Made by a program: the position numbers and the translations under genes. This document shows, in pieces, positions 59,770 to 64,000 of a stretch of DNA of 64,000 bases. The DNA comes from Paraspadella gotoi. Lineage: Eukaryota > Animalia > Chaetognatha. Position 1 is the first letter of the stretch; each line of letters opens with the position of its first letter. A model generated the notes under the pieces. It was given only the letters and a program-made list of their open reading frames with translations. It had not been told where the DNA came from and did no database searches. The stretch spans positions 14,328,770 through 14,392,769 of the forward strand of contig CM119271.1 in NCBI GenBank assembly GCA_051294375.1, read 5' to 3'.

Positions 59770-61463
59770 TTTGTAAAAAATTGTTTTACTCTTTCGAGTT
59801 TGTTTCACTAATTTTGTTCAAATTTATGAATAACGACTGTTAATTAAAAAAAAAAATTAAAAGATAAAAATTCAGGACGCGAAAAAAGGGAACGAAACAA
59901 ATAGCGAATATAAACAAAACGTAAATAATAAAATTGTTAAAAAAAAAACGATCACTTTAGATCAGGAACGAAAACTTGATTCGGCGAAAAAAAAGACGAG
60001 GTTTAATGTACGAAGCGCAATGTAAAAAAACTTTGGTTTTCAAGCGTCATCACAAATCAAGCGAAAAAAAAAACTAAACAAAAACAAAAAGAAAAAAAAA
60101 ATTAAGTGAAATATTTTCGGGCATCCGTCAAAGATTATAAATTAATCGTGAATAAATCAGCGTGCGACAAAAACGTTTTGCATAAACATTTCTATTACCT
60201 GAATTTAAAAGAAATTTAAATTTTAAACCCTGCTTAAAGTTCTCATAATAAAAACAATGTCATGCTCAAAATATTCCTCAATATCTAAACTCTTTAGGAT
60301 GCTGGAATTGTAAAAAGGACACAAAAAAGTGGCGAAAACTTTTACTGAGAGGTTAGTACGTTTTCATTTTTAAATCATACCATTTAAATGGAGTCTAATA
60401 TTCTAAAAAAAGCGCGGTATACATGGTGAGAAAAATGTGACAATTTTGAAGGCAAAGCGATACGAATCTCACAGTAAGCAATGGAGATTATATTCGCGCA
60501 AAATCTCAGGGTCAAATCGTATCAATGATCGAATCTGAGAGGAATAAAGATTAAAAAAAAAAAAAACGCCCAAAAAGCAGAAAATTTTCAAAATGAAAAA
60601 TAAATCTCTCAAGGTTTTAAAAGATTTCTCGTAGTTAAAGCGAAGATTACAATTAATTAACCTCACAAGTGAGACGGAATTTAAATGCTACAATTCACAC
60701 AAAGAAGTAGTCACGGCGAAAAAGAAAAGTACAAAAAACACGGGTTAACTTTGTTTTAAATCTAAAGCGATTGTAGTACCATGTCCTTCAAAACTAATGG
60801 ATATTTTAGCCGATGACAACCAGTTACAGTAAAGGTAAGAAAAACTAACATGACTTCAACTCAGTTTTTTTGACAAAGAAAATATATTTCCTCAATCATG
60901 TGGTACAAAGTTAATTTCATGTAGTATAATGAATAGAGACTTTCAACTCATCGTGTCATTCGATGATTTGACGCAAAAAGACTTTCGACGGTTGGCGAAC
61001 AAAGGTCGAAACTTCCTTCAAATTAATTCGATACCAACACTCGACGTTGATTTATGAAAAGTGGACTAGTAGAACATGATTAAACGAAAAAAACTTGTAA
61101 AGAAAGAAAATCTCCATATACGCCGCCATGGGTGCTTTGGATGAGATACGTTTTCATGATATATATGATAGATAATACATTAAAAAGAAGTATATATTAC
61201 AGAGTTTTATCCGTTTCTCAAATAGCTCTTGAGATCAGTCATCGGTCATTATTGCACCATCTTTTTTTTTAGCTTCAATTCGCAAAACACGAATTTTTGC
61301 AAGTTGAGAAATGCCCTCGGACTACAAACCCATTACAAGCGTTATTGTGCACTAACTATTAATTTTTTTTTCATACGAGTTGCGATAATTGGTTTAGCTT
61401 TGGAAAAGTCCGTGTCGTTTTAAATTCTTCTTCGAATCGGGCGGTGAAGCGGTTCCGTGTCTC

Positions 61464-64000
61464 TCATTGAGATTCGACGTCGATGTCGTCGTCGTCGTCG
61501 TCATCGTTTCCAATGTCTTCCTCCGTCTCCTCCACGTCAGTGTCATGAAAACGTCGACCGGGATGGCGACGCAACTGTACCTCCTTCACGTAAACATACA
61601 TAGAGAATGTTGATGATGACAAAGACGATGACACTGATGACGATGCTATCATGATTTAGGACATTTATTACCTCGTGCTCGTCCTCGTCTTCATCTTCGT
61701 TTCCTTCCCGCCAAGATTCCCGGTGCGACTTTCGTTCGCTTGAGGCCGAAGTTTGCTGACCCGACCCGCGACCTGAACCTTGACCCGATTCTTGACCCGA
61801 TGATGCGTGACCCGACGACCTACGACCTTCCGACGCTTCGCCGCCGTTGTTCCCTTCGCTCAGAGATTCCACAGCGGCGCTAGTGTCGTCGTCGTGGTCG
61901 TGATCCTTTGTGGAAGACGAATGGACAAGGGAATGTCAAATCTTATTTGCCTGTTGCAGTTAATTTCCCAACCAGATCGTGGTTGTCCATTATGAGACAA
62001 CCAGACAATACAATCTGAACAACTTTGTTTCAAATTTTGCGATTGGCAAAAGAAGAGCATTTATTTTAATGTTAGACGGCGAAGCATTTTTATTTCTCAC
62101 AAATAAATAAAACCGTAGCCACCACCCGACACTCAGACGAAAATGATATGGGAAAGAACAATAAATTAAACACAATGGCAAGTTCAAAATTAAATTTCAA
62201 TAATTGCGATTGAGGGGGTGGAATCGACCAAGCGAATATTCCATTATTTTCCCTCAAAAGTCTATGTTGACCAATGACCATATAACACGTTAAAAAGAAA
62301 AGATAAGTAAATCAGCAGATTTTTCGGGGGAGAAAAGGTAAAAAAGAAAAGAGATAAATTAAAAAGTTTATTTATTGCTTTTTTTAAATTGCATTTTCAT
62401 TCGCCGTATCTCACTGAATGACTTATCGTCAACCAACCCTCCCAAGAACTCGTCCCCCCCTCCCACCGTACCTGCATCTCCATGACGTCGACTTCTCTTT
62501 GGACCAAAGGATCGGGAATTCCCTCTCTCCCGTTTCGAGAGTCGGAGTCCGCCATCGACACCGCCGGCGCCGCTGGAGGAGGCTTCGACTCCTCCTCTTC
62601 CTTCTCATTCTCCTCTTCCTTCTCCTCGTCGGATCGACCTCCGAACGGACGACGACATCCGCCGTTCGTCACGGATGTGGTGGGCGTGTCGCCATCGGCG
62701 GTCGACGTCGGGCGGCGGCGAAGAAGAAGACGCCGCACCGCGGATTTGAGACTGCTGTTGCTGAAGCGACACCTGTTGCTGCAACAGCTGTTGTCGCTGC
62801 GACGGCGGGAGGATGGGAGATTCCTCGAGATCGGCGGAACTTCGAGAGTCGGTCGAGTCCCAAGCGAAACGACGCCCGCTGAAAAATAAAGAGTCAGAAA
62901 ATAATATATCTCTCTCTTTCTCTCTCTCTCTCTCTCACTCACCCCTTGACGCGTCCAACGGGCTGGGCGTCGCCGGACGAGGCGGGCGTGGCGCCGTTCA
63001 ACTTCCGGTCTCCTCCGGCGTTGGACGATCCTCCCGAGTTGAAGACGCTGTCGTTCTCGTAAGGACCCAAAGATCTGGACATGAACTTGGCGCTTTTGGT
63101 GACGCGCGGCGATCCGAAGCAGTGCATTGGAGAAGATGCGGACGACGCCGCCGCGCCCATCGGGTAAAAGGACGACGCCGACGCCGGGTGAGGCGCGCCG
63201 GCGGAGCCGGGAACGATGGGCGAGGAAGGAGGGGAATGGGTGACGGAAGGAGTCCGGCGATGATCTTGAGATTTTTTGGAAAAGGGAAAAGGAGAATTAA
63301 GAAGAAAAAATATGAGTCGGTAAGGGGCGAGGGCGAGACTAAGGAAGGGACAAACATCTATGAGGAAAAGTGATAAAGGATAAAGGAGGGTACATAAACA
63401 AAAAAAGTTCCTTACTCGGCAGAGAAACGCTGAGCGAATCCGCGCCGAGGGTGTCGTTCAAACTGGAATGACTCAGCCGATACATTAACTCTTCGTTCTC
63501 CATTGAAATGCGCTTTTTTGCCTGAAAGAATGGAATTAAAATTGAAATCGATTACAATAGAAGGTAATAAACTTAAAGGTTCCCGTCCCTCCTTTCGTCC
63601 TTACCTGCGCCTCCCTGTCTCGCTCGACCCTGAGCTGCTGCTTCTCCTGATGCAGCTGCCTCTCCTGATCCGTCTTGGCCGAGAGCATCGCCGTCAGATC
63701 CTCCACCTTCTGCTCGAGTCGTTGCACCGTCCTTCGAGATTCCATTAACTCTTCCTCCTTCTTGGAGACTTTGTCCAGACGTTGTCGACATTTGCGTATT
63801 TCCTCGTTCTTCATGTCTGGAGAAGACAGGATCAAATAGAAGTGAGAAGCGTTCTTTTTTATCTTTCTCTAAAATCACCATAAATTCCTCACCCAAAACG
63901 ACTTTAAGAGACTCGACCTCTTGGTCGAGGTTCCTGGCTTCGAGGCTGCAGCCGACGGCGGCGTCGACTTTGTCCTTCTTGCGGCGCGAGGCTTCGCCCG
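61464..64000 (-). CDS. MTUS/CCDC69 (toucan-like) microtubule-associated coiled-coil protein, 5'-truncated by the window
   Basis: NLDQEVESLKVVL|DMKNEEIRKCRQRL...QRLEQKVEDLTAMLSAKTDQERQLHQEKQQLRVERDREAQ|AKKRISMENEELMYRL matches the MTUS1/2 motif KRLSMENEELLWKL. Ser-rich/acidic tail; 3' end approximate. Confidence 0.8.

Overview
Eukaryotic DNA from a gene-dense invertebrate animal genome: GC-rich exons, short AT-rich GT-AG introns, microsatellites, two small N gaps and several single-base indels that look like assembly errors. I can reconstruct 23 protein-coding genes (22 complete, one running off the right edge): GFUS, a MADS-like orphan, NCOA4, two paralogous C2H2 genes, STAG, FKTN, MZT2, NDUFB9, ATP5ME, a third C2H2 gene, CCDC149, RUVBL1, malic enzyme, PPM1K, PET117, ACL4-like, YLPM1, PSTK, WTIP/Ajuba, RPL26, malectin and an MTUS/CCDC69-like gene. 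All 23 lie on the minus strand, mostly 0.3-0.6 kb apart (55 bp for PET117-PPM1K). Most have a U-rich 3' splice acceptor shortly upstream of the ATG, which suggests a very large operon-like unit resolved by spliced-leader trans-splicing. The only plus-strand coding piece is one arm of a ~1.1 kb inverted duplication of a zinc-finger gene. Also present: a Tc1/mariner-type MITE, paired AATT-TSD TIR elements, a tRNA-derived SINE, a DINE-1/Helentron-like element, a dispersed TGTAAGAGAT repeat and a Penelope-type minimal hammerhead ribozyme remnant. Gene identities come from recalled family motifs, not database searches, and exon boundaries were read by eye.
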